DNA from: a bacterium
GTDB lineage: Bacteria; UBA9089; CG2-30-40-21; SBAY01
Length of the DNA: 33,168 nucleotides
NCBI GenBank assembly: GCA_040757115.1
Contig: JBFLYA010000014.1
Location: 1-33,168, forward strand
Direction: 5' to 3'
Positions 1-7,887 of the stretch are shown in pieces. The notes beneath the pieces are model-generated. The model was given only the letters and a program-made list of their open reading frames with translations, ran no database searches and was not told where the DNA came from. Position 1 is the stretch's first letter, and every line of letters begins with the position of its first letter. The position numbers and the translations under genes are program-made.

Positions 1-36
1 CAGTCCCCCGCCGTCAACTGCAACGCAGGGTTAGAC
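1..36 (-). mobile_element. Partial attC-like site (cut by window edge)
   Basis: Minus strand reads GTCTAAC-CCTGC-GTTGCAGT..., i.e. R'' box, 5-nt spacer, 8-nt L''-like box; rest lies outside the window. Confidence 0.55.
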
Positions 37-149
37 AAAAGCTTTGATTCGCTGTCTTTTCCTTTTTCTCTGCCTCACCGAATTATTGTGCATTCCACAT
101 TCACGGTTTGACCCTAAAATATCTCCTAAAATATCTCCTTTTTATTTTC

Positions 150-223
150 TCACACAAAGCCACAAAGAACACAAAGGTTTATTGTTTTATTCAATTCCTT
201 TGTGACTTTGTGTCTCTGTGTGA
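150..223. repeat. Inverted 9-mer repeat element (CACAAAG.. / ..CTTTGTG)
   Basis: TCACACAAAGCCACAAAGAACACAAAGG ... CCTTTGTGACTTTGTGTCTCTGTGTGA form an imperfect hairpin. Confidence 0.75.
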
Positions 224-303
224 TTATTTTTATTAGTCTAACAAGTTATTATACACTTTTGTTATATTTTATCACAACCCCATCAGAAAAGTCAAGAAAA
301 AAA

Positions 304-332
304 TTGACAAATCGTAATTGGTTTTGTATAAT
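304..332 (+). promoter_or_regulatory. Consensus sigma70 promoter
   Basis: TTGACA (304-309), 17-bp spacer, TATAAT (327-332); AAGGAG at 371-376 and ATG at 387 follow. Confidence 0.8.
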
Positions 333-386
333 CTAAATGGCTAAGTATTACTTTTGGTATGATATCAAGAAAGGAGTGAATTCTGC

Positions 387-452
387 ATGATTAATATACC
401 AACAGATATTTTTGCCCAATATAGTTCGATACTGGCTAAAAGAGGGGATTAG
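387..452 (+). pseudogene. Truncated 21-codon ORF, possibly the 5' remnant of an integron integrase
   Basis: MINIPTDIFAQYSSILAKRGD* has a perfect promoter and an RBS, lies next to attC-like sites, and resembles from memory the N-terminal extension of some IntI proteins. Confidence 0.35.
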
Positions 453-490
453 GATCTTCTCATCCATTTTACTCTTTTCCTTTCAATTGC

Positions 491-554
491 GTATAACACG
501 ATAAAACTCACCTGCCCGAGCGAAGCGAGGGTCAGGTGTAGCGATTGGTTAGAC
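491..554 (-). mobile_element. attC-like integron cassette recombination site
   Basis: Minus strand: GTCTAAC CAATC GCTACACC TGACCCTCGCTTCGCTCGGGCA GGTGAGT TTTATCGT GTTATAC = R''/L''/variable hairpin/L'/R' with an extra base in L''. Confidence 0.75.
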
Positions 555-562
555 TGTTTTTT

Positions 563-649
563 ACCACGAAGAGCACGAAGGTCACGAAGATTTTACAAGA
601 CAAATCTTTTTATGCCTTCTTTCAACCTTTCTACATTGAAATTTATTAA
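563..649 (-). pseudogene. GxxExxY-family 3' remnant with CACGAAG 9-mer flank
   Basis: Minus strand encodes LINFNVERLKEGIKRFVL; near-identical to 12781-12867. Confidence 0.65.
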
Positions 650-715
650 CATATAGCGGTTATTAACTGGAAGTTTACATAGGATAATACCCATAAATAA
701 GGCATGAGAATAATC

Positions 716-790
716 GTTCCGTTAGGAACATAATATCGGTAGGAATAGATAGACAAATCAATCAGTTCCGTAGGAACGATATATTGGTAG
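716..790. repeat. Two REP-like palindromic repeats
   Basis: GTTCCGTTAGGAAC..GGTAG (716-742) and GTTCCGTAGGAAC..GGTAG (765-790), directly before an HUH transposase fragment. Confidence 0.7.
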
Positions 791-798
791 AAAATTTA

Positions 799-897
799 TG
801 GAAAGATGAATTATACAAATACATCATGGGTATTATCAAGAACAATCAACATAACCCGTTGGTGATAAACGGAGTGCCAGACCATGTTCATGTATTG
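799..897 (+). pseudogene. tnpA: IS200/IS605 (TnpA/RAYT-like, HUH) transposase fragment
   Basis: Translates WKDELYKYIMGIIKNNQHNPLVINGVPDHVHVL with the HUH motif DHVH; cut at 898 by a TIR element. Confidence 0.8.
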
Positions 898-1134
898 GTA
901 AGCGTTCAGGTGGTGTAACAAAAGGAGATGTGGAGATTAAGGAGATAGGGAGATATTATTAAAAAAATTGAAATTAATAGAAACTAATAGAAATTTATGG
1001 AAATTTGTTGTTTTCCACAATCAATTTCTACCTATTTCTATAAATTTCAATCTATTTCTATTATCTTATCTCCATATCACTCTTATCTCCTTATCCCCTT
1101 TCTTACACTTTTGATATATAGCCTGAACGGTTAC
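898..1134. mobile_element. MITE-like element, GTAA(G/C)CGTTCAGG...CCTGAACGGTTAC family, copy 1
   Basis: 13-bp TIR; near-identical copy at 27024-27259 and partial copy at 32956-33028. Confidence 0.9.
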
Positions 1135-1262
1135 ATTTGCTTTACATATTCGATATTAGTAATAGTTTTAGGTAGTTTCTTACAGAATAAAGCAACCTCT
1201 TGAGCAAATTGATAAGTTCTTTCTTCTAAATCATATTGTTTGGAATTTTGAATTTTGGTCAT
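1135..1262 (-). pseudogene. Four-helix-bundle protein (23S rRNA IVP-like) 5' remnant
   Basis: MTKIQNSKQYDLEERTYQFAQEVALFCKKLPKTITNIEYVKQ, truncated by the 898-1134 element; preceded by 7-mer repeats. Confidence 0.75.
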
Positions 1263-1398
1263 TGGAATTTATTTGTATTTTGGAATTTGTGATTTGGAAT
1301 TTTGCCACTCACTCCGCTCTCCTGCAATCTCTAATCTCCCGTTTATAGTTTATCCTTGCTTACCTCATCTTGTTACCCAACTTGTGGGTAACGATAAG
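1238..1398. mobile_element. Right part of CTTATCCTTACCCAC-TIR element
   Basis: Highly similar to 21461-21621, ends GTGGGTAACGATAAG; no left TIR found. Confidence 0.8.
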
Positions 1399-1454
1399 AC
1401 TCCCGCCAGCGGGGGACAACGGCCAATCAATCACTTGAATGGCGACAGAGCACT

Positions 1455-1483
1455 AGTATACAATAATCTATTTTATAAGTCAA
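1455..1483 (-). promoter_or_regulatory. sigma70-like promoter with no intact downstream gene
   Basis: Minus strand TTGACT-17 bp-TATACT. Confidence 0.55.
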
Positions 1484-1573
1484 GTTAAATTTTTAGTTTT
1501 CAGGAAGAATCACCTGACAATCGTTGATAGTTGATAGTTTATTATAGACCATAAACTATAAACGATAAACTCT

Positions 1574-2230
1574 TCAAGAAATGATGATAACTATATTTGG
1601 CTCTGCAAAGGATACCTTTAATAGTTCTTCTGGAGAGCCTTTGATAATTCTTTCATCCACCGCCCCGAGTTTTTCACAAACATAGATAACCAGTGGGCAA
1701 TGAACAGTAAGCAGTGAGCACTTTAAAATTTCGGCTATCTTTGATGGTGTATTGTTCCTATCAGTCAGAACAGCTATCTTGTGGTGATGTTGAAGCAGGG
1801 ATGGAAGGTCGCTTATGGTGTATGGTTTGCCTTTCTTTGGGTCAGGCTCACCATGGAGGCTGAGCAAAAGGGCATCATCCCATGTCTCTTTTATCCTTGA
1901 AAAAGCAATCTGGATAGCGGATAAATCCGGAATTACCTCGATAGTATCCCTTCCGAGTTCTTCCATTGCCCTTCTCCCAATCCCAAAAAACATTGGGTCT
2001 CCAGAAGCAAGCACAGTTACATCACAATTCTGACACTTGATATAATCAAGCATCTCATCCATATTATTAATTACCCTGATATTATCCCTAATTGCTTCAA
2101 ACTCTTCGTATCCTTTGAATATCTCAAAGAGTCTATTTGTGGCAAGGATAACCTTTGAATTAAGAGTAATCTCCTTTGCCCTTTTATCAAAAGGTCTATA
2201 GCCAATGCCGATAAGATAGACTTTCTTCAT
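1574..2230 (-). CDS. cbiE: Precorrin-6Y C5-methyltransferase (CbiE-like tetrapyrrole methylase)
   Basis: VYLIGIG, VLASGDPMFFGIG, IQIAFSRIKETW, LSLHG, VCEKLG motifs; start set at 2230 (ATGA overlap with cobF stop). Confidence 0.85.
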   Translation of the reverse strand: MKKVYLIGIGYRPFDKRAKEITLNSKVILATNRLFEIFKGYEEFEAIRDNIRVINNMDEMLDYIKCQNCDVTVLASGDPMFFGIGRRAMEELGRDTIEVIPDLSAIQIAFSRIKETWDDALLLSLHGEPDPKKGKPYTISDLPSLLQHHHKIAVLTDRNNTPSKIAEILKCSLLTVHCPLVIYVCEKLGAVDERIIKGSPEELLKVSFAEPNIVIIIS

Positions 2231-2982
2231 TTTGCCTTCCTCAAAATATAAGTATCCATCATCCAACCCCGCCTCCTTTTTGCCGCTTTTCTTATCGTTT
2301 TAATCTTCTCAATGACTTCGTTTAACCTCCCTGAAACAAGTATCTCTTCCTTATTCCCCAGATAGCCGCCCCAATAGATATCAAGTTCCTCGTCCTTAAA
2401 ACGGTTAAAGGTAGCATAAGAATCTAATAAGACCGCAGTGTTATTAATCTCATTTGCTTGGTATTCCTTCAACCTTCTGCCGGTGGTAATAACAATATTT
2501 TCACCTATCCGATTGAGTGGGATTTTATGTTTTGCGGTTAGTATCTGAACAGAAGTTATCCCGGGGATGACCTCATACTCAAAATCTACAATCCCTTGTT
2601 TAAGAATATCTTGCAGTATCTCTAAATGACCATCATAGAGGCTCGGGTCACCCCAGACGAGAAATGCCCCAATCTGTCCATCTGCCATATTGTTAATCAA
2701 TTTTGTGATAATCTCTGCCTTTTGGACCCGCCACTTCTTAACCCCCTCTTCATATCTGCCGCTTTTTTTTCTCTTAGGAATCTCTGCGACCACAACTCGA
2801 TAACTTTTTTCATCAAGGTATCTTTTTAATATTTCCATCCTTGCTAAAGCAAGCTCATCCTCTTTTTCACCTTCTTTTTCAAGGATAAAGAAGACATCCA
2901 CTTTTTTCATTGTATCAATTGCCTGAATGGTCAGGTAATCAGGGTTACCTGGTCCAATACCGATAAGATATATTTTTTTCAT
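2227..2982 (-). CDS. cobF: Precorrin-6A synthase (deacetylating)
   Basis: IGIGPGNPDYLTIQA, GAFLVWGDPSLYD, VIPGITSVQ, ITTGRRL, IYWGGYLG, GWMMDTYILR; start placed at MKKIYL. Confidence 0.92.
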   Translation of the reverse strand: MKKIYLIGIGPGNPDYLTIQAIDTMKKVDVFFILEKEGEKEDELALARMEILKRYLDEKSYRVVVAEIPKRKKSGRYEEGVKKWRVQKAEIITKLINNMADGQIGAFLVWGDPSLYDGHLEILQDILKQGIVDFEYEVIPGITSVQILTAKHKIPLNRIGENIVITTGRRLKEYQANEINNTAVLLDSYATFNRFKDEELDIYWGGYLGNKEEILVSGRLNEVIEKIKTIRKAAKRRRGWMMDTYILRKAK

Positions 2983-3139
2983 CTTTTCGTTCCTTGTAAC
3001 TTTATTATATTTCACCACAGAGACGCAGAGAGCGCGGAGAGTAAGATTTCCTCTTCTAAACCTAAAACCATTCTTCTCATTCCATGTTTTAGCACATACT
3101 TTAAAATCCTAAATTCCAAATTCTACATTGGAATTTATT

Positions 3140-3560
3140 GGTGGTGTCTTAATCTAGCATAAAGGTTAAAATAGTGTATAGGGTTCTGCAAAATAGGATT
3201 TGAGGGAGACAACAAATAAATATCAAATATAAATATCAAAATGCAAAATTACAAATCAAATTTCAAAAAGGACGGGACGGTTCCTTTTATCGTTTTTCCT
3301 ATGATTTTTGTTGGAAATTGGAAATTAGAAATTGGGCTTTTGTCTCTCTCCCTAATTTCCAATTTCAATCCGCAATCTTTCAAACAAAAGTGAACCGTCC
3401 CAAAAGGATTTCTATTTTAACGCTGAAAGGAAAGAGATAATTTTACATTTTGATATGTAATTTTTATATTTGCTTTTTGCATTTTGCTCTTTGGAGGAAA
3501 TCCCTTTTGGACACCAAATCTGCATAGATTTCACTATTAGAGTTATTTTCAGACACCACC
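3140..3560 (+). mobile_element. MITE-like element, GGTGGTGTCT TIR, 8-bp TSD, copy 1
   Basis: GGTGGTGTCT...AGACACCACC flanked by AATTTATT on both sides; inverted copy at 22760-23262. Confidence 0.92.
3274..3401. mobile_element. Nested mini-element GGGACGGTTC...GAACCGTCCC
   Basis: 10-bp perfect TIR, flanks AAAAGGAC/AAAAGGAT, internal GGAAATT/AATTTCC 7-mer hairpin; absent from copy 2 of the host element. Confidence 0.8.
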
Positions 3561-3636
3561 AATTTATTTATCCACGGATTAATTCATTTATATTCATCTT
3601 CTCTGCGTTCTCTGTGCCTCTGCGGTAAATAGTTGT

Positions 3637-6600
3637 TTAAATTTTCCTTCTAAATCCCAGGGCAATCAACCCAATAAATATGAGGAAGCCAGCAATGAAT
3701 AAATACGGAATTGGGGCAGATGAGATACCGTCTGCCGTCTTCACTTCCTCCATCTCATACCCTTCAACCTGTGCCAGAGGTGCTATCTTTTTTGCCTTAT
3801 CACCAGGGGCTATAGTTTTTTGTTTGGTCTCTGACCTCTGACTTCTGTCCTCTGCCTTCTGCCTTCTGCCTTCTGCCCTCTGCCTTCTGCCCTCTGACAT
3901 CTGACTCTGTGCCTTCATAAACCCTTGCATCTGAACCTTTGAGCCAGGCACAGACATTAGCACCTGGCGGGTAAACTGTGTCAGCAAGGGATTGTTGCAG
4001 GTATGGTCACAGCAGGCAAGACCAACCTCCTGGACGCTCCGGGCATATTCCAGGGCAAGGGTTTCTATTATTTCTTTCTCTGGTTTCCAGTATTTCTTTC
4101 GCACACATTCAAGCATCCTGGCGACAACAGATTGATATGCCCACATATTTTTTGAACTGCGAAACATATCCTTTATTCCCAGTTCGTTTCTATCCAGGAT
4201 GTATGTTTCATACATCTCATTCCATTTAGCCGCATCTATCGCCTCTGGCACGGTTACCTGCCAACCCCAGAGGTATTCGACGACCTTATCTATAAATCGA
4301 GACCCGGCATAGCCCTCGTTCATCATTGCCTTAATCCATTCAGGGTTCAGATACCTTGCACGCATTTCTCGTCCCATAAATTTTTCAAGGGTTTCCTGTT
4401 TTGGTTGACGGGGATTGGACATATTGGTTACATAAACCTCTGGTGTTTTCCCATCAATGGAACGGATTGCCATTGCCGTGCCACCAAGATATTGGAAAAA
4501 GTCGTCATTATCAAGCGTGGCATAGACATTGCCCGAGATGCTGTGCACCGCTACTTTTGTTCCGGAAAGGGCATTCTTAAACAGCAGAAGGCTTATATCC
4601 TCATCCAGCTCCTCCGGTCTGTTACCTTGTTCTATCTTAGTTCCCCAGAACCCCTGTCCATAGAGATGGCTCATCCGCATCAGATAGACATCAGCTACCT
4701 GTTTTTCGTTATCCCAGGTGTTGGATAAAGGAATAAGATTAGATAAGTTTGTTCCGTAAGCACCAGAAGGCACGGTAAAAAGCCGCACCGATGCCAGCCG
4801 TTCTGCCATATCCTCAGAAATGCCTTTTTCCATAAGTATCTTCTTTGCCTTAAGGATATTTAGCCGAATGATGTTGTCCGTCTCATCCTGCTGCTTTGCC
4901 AGGGATACGGCTTTATCCAGCAAATCCATAAGGTTGGAGAACAGGTCACGGTAGAGCCCTGAGGGAACAATAGTCACATCAATTCTTGCCCGACCAAGCT
5001 CATACGCTGGTATTGGTTCAACCCCGACTACCTCCTTTCGCTCATTCCATTTTGGTTTTATGCCCATCAAATACATAATCTGCGATTCCATCACCCCTTC
5101 ATGACGGATGGTTTCTATCCCCCAAAGATTGAAGGTGAGCTTATCCGGATATTTGCCATGCCGATTTTTATACCCATCAATAAGTTCCTTTGCCAATTTC
5201 ACTCCCATCTCGTAGGTGGTTTTGCTGGGTATCCTCCTCGGGTCAAATGAATAGAAGTTCTTGCCTGTGGGCAGTGAATCAGGATTACGAATGGGGTCAT
5301 TGCCCTGACCAGCCGGGATATATCTGCCTGAAAGTGCGGCGATGAAAGAATCAAGCTCCCTTTGTGCTGATTGGATTATCCTCTGCTCGTAATCAGCGAG
5401 TCTCTGGGCAGAAGATTCTGTGCCCAATATTGCTTCAGCCGTAGTCCTGATGTATCTTTCCTCTGGGGCACGGCCAAAGGTATGCATACCAAAAGGTGTC
5501 TGCTTCTCCCCAATATCCTGGAGGTAATGCTCCACCTCCTCAACATCTTCTTCTGTTTTGACTTCGGCAATCTTAAGGTCAGTCAATAACCCAATCCGTC
5601 GGGCAAGGTTATTAATCTCTGCAAGTTTTGTTTCAGCCAAAGACAGACTTTTCTCCCTTGCCACATTGTAATCATTAATCAAGCCTGTTAGCTCTCTCAG
5701 TTCTTTATTCAGCCTCGCCTTATCAAATGGTGGGGTCAAATGGTCAATGATGACCGCCATTCCCCTTCGTTTTGCCTGTAACCCTTCGCCAACATCATCA
5801 ACGATATACGGATAGATATTTGGCAGATGCTGGATTAATGCCTCTGGTGGGTCGTTTTCGGTAAATCCAACCTCTTTGCCCGATAACCACTCATGGGTGC
5901 TGTGTTTGCCGATATGTGCCACTGCATCTGCCGAAAAAACCTTTTTGAGCCACAAATAAAAGGCAACATATTGGTGATGTGGACTAAGGGTAACACTGTG
6001 ATAGAGTTTTTTGACATCCTGCTCCCAACCGCGTGAGGGTTGCGGCATAAAAAGGATATTCCCATACTTCACCGCCGGGATAACAATGTATTTCTTTCCT
6101 CGGTCATCTGTCCATGTCATAATCTTGCTATCCTCTGGCCGTCCCCAGTCTCTGAGCATAGCCGTGGCCATCCCTTGCGGCAGTTCTTCAAACCATTGTT
6201 TGTAGAGGTTCATTGGAATAAGCACTGGTTTGCCTGTTCTCACCAACCTATCCAATTCCCCTGGCGCCCAATTGCCAATATTCCTGCCGTAAGTAAGAAT
6301 ATCATTGAAGAGCATCTCCTTCTTAATTTCCCCGGTCCCAAAATCATATCCTTCTATCTTCATTCGCTGTAATATCTCCCACAGGCTTTCTGGCAGGACA
6401 TTGAGATACGATGCCCCAACATTTTGCTTGCCCGGGGGATAGTTATAATAGATGATGGCAATCCTTTTGTCCCTGTTGGGTTTATCCTGCAAATTTATCC
6501 ATCCCTTTACACGGTCAATGAGTCGCTCAACCCGTTCAGGGATTGGTCGCTCTTCGATGTATTCAATTCCATTTTCAACCATCCTTTCCCTTGAAGCAAT

Positions 6601-7599
6601 AACCGTGGGCTGGCTAATTCCAGCCATCTCCGGACCCGCAATCTGCCAGGAACGCTCAAAGATATTAAGTCCAACTGCAGATGCCTCCCATTCTTCTTTC
6701 GATTGGGTGTAAAGGGGAATGGCATTAATCACTGGCACATTGAGTCTGGTGAGTAAAGGGATAACGACTTCTGGCTTGATCCCTAATTTCATACTATGAG
6801 CTACGAGGCAATGTATCCTGCTCTTGCCTTCTTCATCAAAGAAAAACCGCTCAATGGGAATTTCGGGTGGATAGCCATAAACAGGAAGAACGCTAAACCC
6901 TTCCTGCTCTAAAGATTCAATCACACTATCCACGGTCAAAAGATTACCTGAGTCAAAATTGCTTTTGTAAAAAAGAACCCCAACCCATTTATCACCATTC
7001 GGCTGGTAGGATTTTAAGAACTCATTCAGATTTGCCACCACCCGTCTCTCTTTTCTAAGATAGATGCCAGACTGAGGAATTGGAGATGGCTCTTTCCATG
7101 GTAGTTTAAGCCCAAAATCACGGCTCAAGACAAAAAGCAACATATTCCTGATATTCTCAAAACCATTCTCCTTGTAGTATGCATTAATCTGTTCATCGTC
7201 GATGATTCCCATATCCTGATGCTCTTTGCTATAAATTCCTCCAAAACCATAAACCTTACCGCCATTTTTTACGACCTGTTTAATGTAAGGCTTTGCCAGT
7301 TCCACAACCTGACGGTCCATAATCCGAAGAAGAAAGACAACCTTTGAATCTGCAATCTCTTCCGCGGTTTTGAGTCTATTCTTAATAGAATATGAGGTAT
7401 AGACCTTGAAGGCAACTTTTCCCGAAAGATGTGGATATTCTTTTTGTATGGATTTGACTGTGTCGAGGGCGAGCTTTGAATGGGTATCGCCAGGCATCAG
7501 GCTAATCGTTAAAGGTTGTGCCTGTCCAGAAGACAGAGGACAGAAGACAGAGCACAGAATAATACAAAACATACATATTCTATCAATGGTTTTTATCAT
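3637..7599 (-). CDS. cobN: CobN/BchH-family chelatase large subunit with signal peptide and C-terminal membrane anchor
   Basis: YYNYPPGK, PHHQYVAFYLW, HIGKHSTHEWLSGK, GEGLQAKRRG, LPTGKNFYSFDP, EMRARYLNPEWI, ACCDHTCNNP; hydrophobic N- and C-termini. Confidence 0.88.
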   Translation of the reverse strand: MIKTIDRICMFCIILCSVFCPLSSGQAQPLTISLMPGDTHSKLALDTVKSIQKEYPHLSGKVAFKVYTSYSIKNRLKTAEEIADSKVVFLLRIMDRQVVELAKPYIKQVVKNGGKVYGFGGIYSKEHQDMGIIDDEQINAYYKENGFENIRNMLLFVLSRDFGLKLPWKEPSPIPQSGIYLRKERRVVANLNEFLKSYQPNGDKWVGVLFYKSNFDSGNLLTVDSVIESLEQEGFSVLPVYGYPPEIPIERFFFDEEGKSRIHCLVAHSMKLGIKPEVVIPLLTRLNVPVINAIPLYTQSKEEWEASAVGLNIFERSWQIAGPEMAGISQPTVIASRERMVENGIEYIEERPIPERVERLIDRVKGWINLQDKPNRDKRIAIIYYNYPPGKQNVGASYLNVLPESLWEILQRMKIEGYDFGTGEIKKEMLFNDILTYGRNIGNWAPGELDRLVRTGKPVLIPMNLYKQWFEELPQGMATAMLRDWGRPEDSKIMTWTDDRGKKYIVIPAVKYGNILFMPQPSRGWEQDVKKLYHSVTLSPHHQYVAFYLWLKKVFSADAVAHIGKHSTHEWLSGKEVGFTENDPPEALIQHLPNIYPYIVDDVGEGLQAKRRGMAVIIDHLTPPFDKARLNKELRELTGLINDYNVAREKSLSLAETKLAEINNLARRIGLLTDLKIAEVKTEEDVEEVEHYLQDIGEKQTPFGMHTFGRAPEERYIRTTAEAILGTESSAQRLADYEQRIIQSAQRELDSFIAALSGRYIPAGQGNDPIRNPDSLPTGKNFYSFDPRRIPSKTTYEMGVKLAKELIDGYKNRHGKYPDKLTFNLWGIETIRHEGVMESQIMYLMGIKPKWNERKEVVGVEPIPAYELGRARIDVTIVPSGLYRDLFSNLMDLLDKAVSLAKQQDETDNIIRLNILKAKKILMEKGISEDMAERLASVRLFTVPSGAYGTNLSNLIPLSNTWDNEKQVADVYLMRMSHLYGQGFWGTKIEQGNRPEELDEDISLLLFKNALSGTKVAVHSISGNVYATLDNDDFFQYLGGTAMAIRSIDGKTPEVYVTNMSNPRQPKQETLEKFMGREMRARYLNPEWIKAMMNEGYAGSRFIDKVVEYLWGWQVTVPEAIDAAKWNEMYETYILDRNELGIKDMFRSSKNMWAYQSVVARMLECVRKKYWKPEKEIIETLALEYARSVQEVGLACCDHTCNNPLLTQFTRQVLMSVPGSKVQMQGFMKAQSQMSEGRRQRAEGRRQKAEDRSQRSETKQKTIAPGDKAKKIAPLAQVEGYEMEEVKTADGISSAPIPYLFIAGFLIFIGLIALGFRRKI

Positions 7600-7618
7600 T
7601 TCTACACCTTACCTTCTA

Positions 7619-7761
7619 AAAAATCGGGGTTCGGAACTCGGGACTCGGGGTTCGGGACTCGGGAATAAAAGAATCCCCGACCCCCGAAATCGGAACCCCG
7701 AGTGCCCGAATCCCGATTTTCATCATCCTTGTGAGCCGTAAGACTAAATGAGGGTCTCTCC
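7619..7761. repeat. CTCGGGA 7-mer hairpin plus one ATTTTCAT-type structured repeat
   Basis: ATTTTCATCATCCTTGTGAGCCGTAAGACTAAATGAGGGTCTCTCC (7716-7761) resembles the repeats at 15843-16506. Confidence 0.7.
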
Positions 7762-7887
7762 CTATTTTATCCGTGCTAATCCGTGTTAATATGTAGTAGG
7801 TGGTAGGTGGGATGTGGGATGTATGCTTTCCCACCTACCACCTTCCATCTACTACCTACCATCAGTGGCTGAATAGTTACTTTATTT

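Larger units (their letters stand above)
3009..3630. mobile_element. Outer CACCACAGAG/CTCTGCGGT 9-mer-flanked element with GxxExxY-like remnants
   Basis: Inverted CAGAG-repeat ends; minus strand has MNINELI (near 3597) and VLKHGMRRMVLGLEEE (near 3050-3095). Confidence 0.6.

Noticed and set aside
997-1203. 68-aa ORF
   Set aside because: Lies mostly within a repeated MITE and antisense to a four-helix-bundle remnant.
1255-1488. 77-aa ORF and its look-alikes at 21374-21571 and 21478-21822
   Set aside because: Similarity comes from the shared non-coding element; the peptides are translations of 7-mer repeats.
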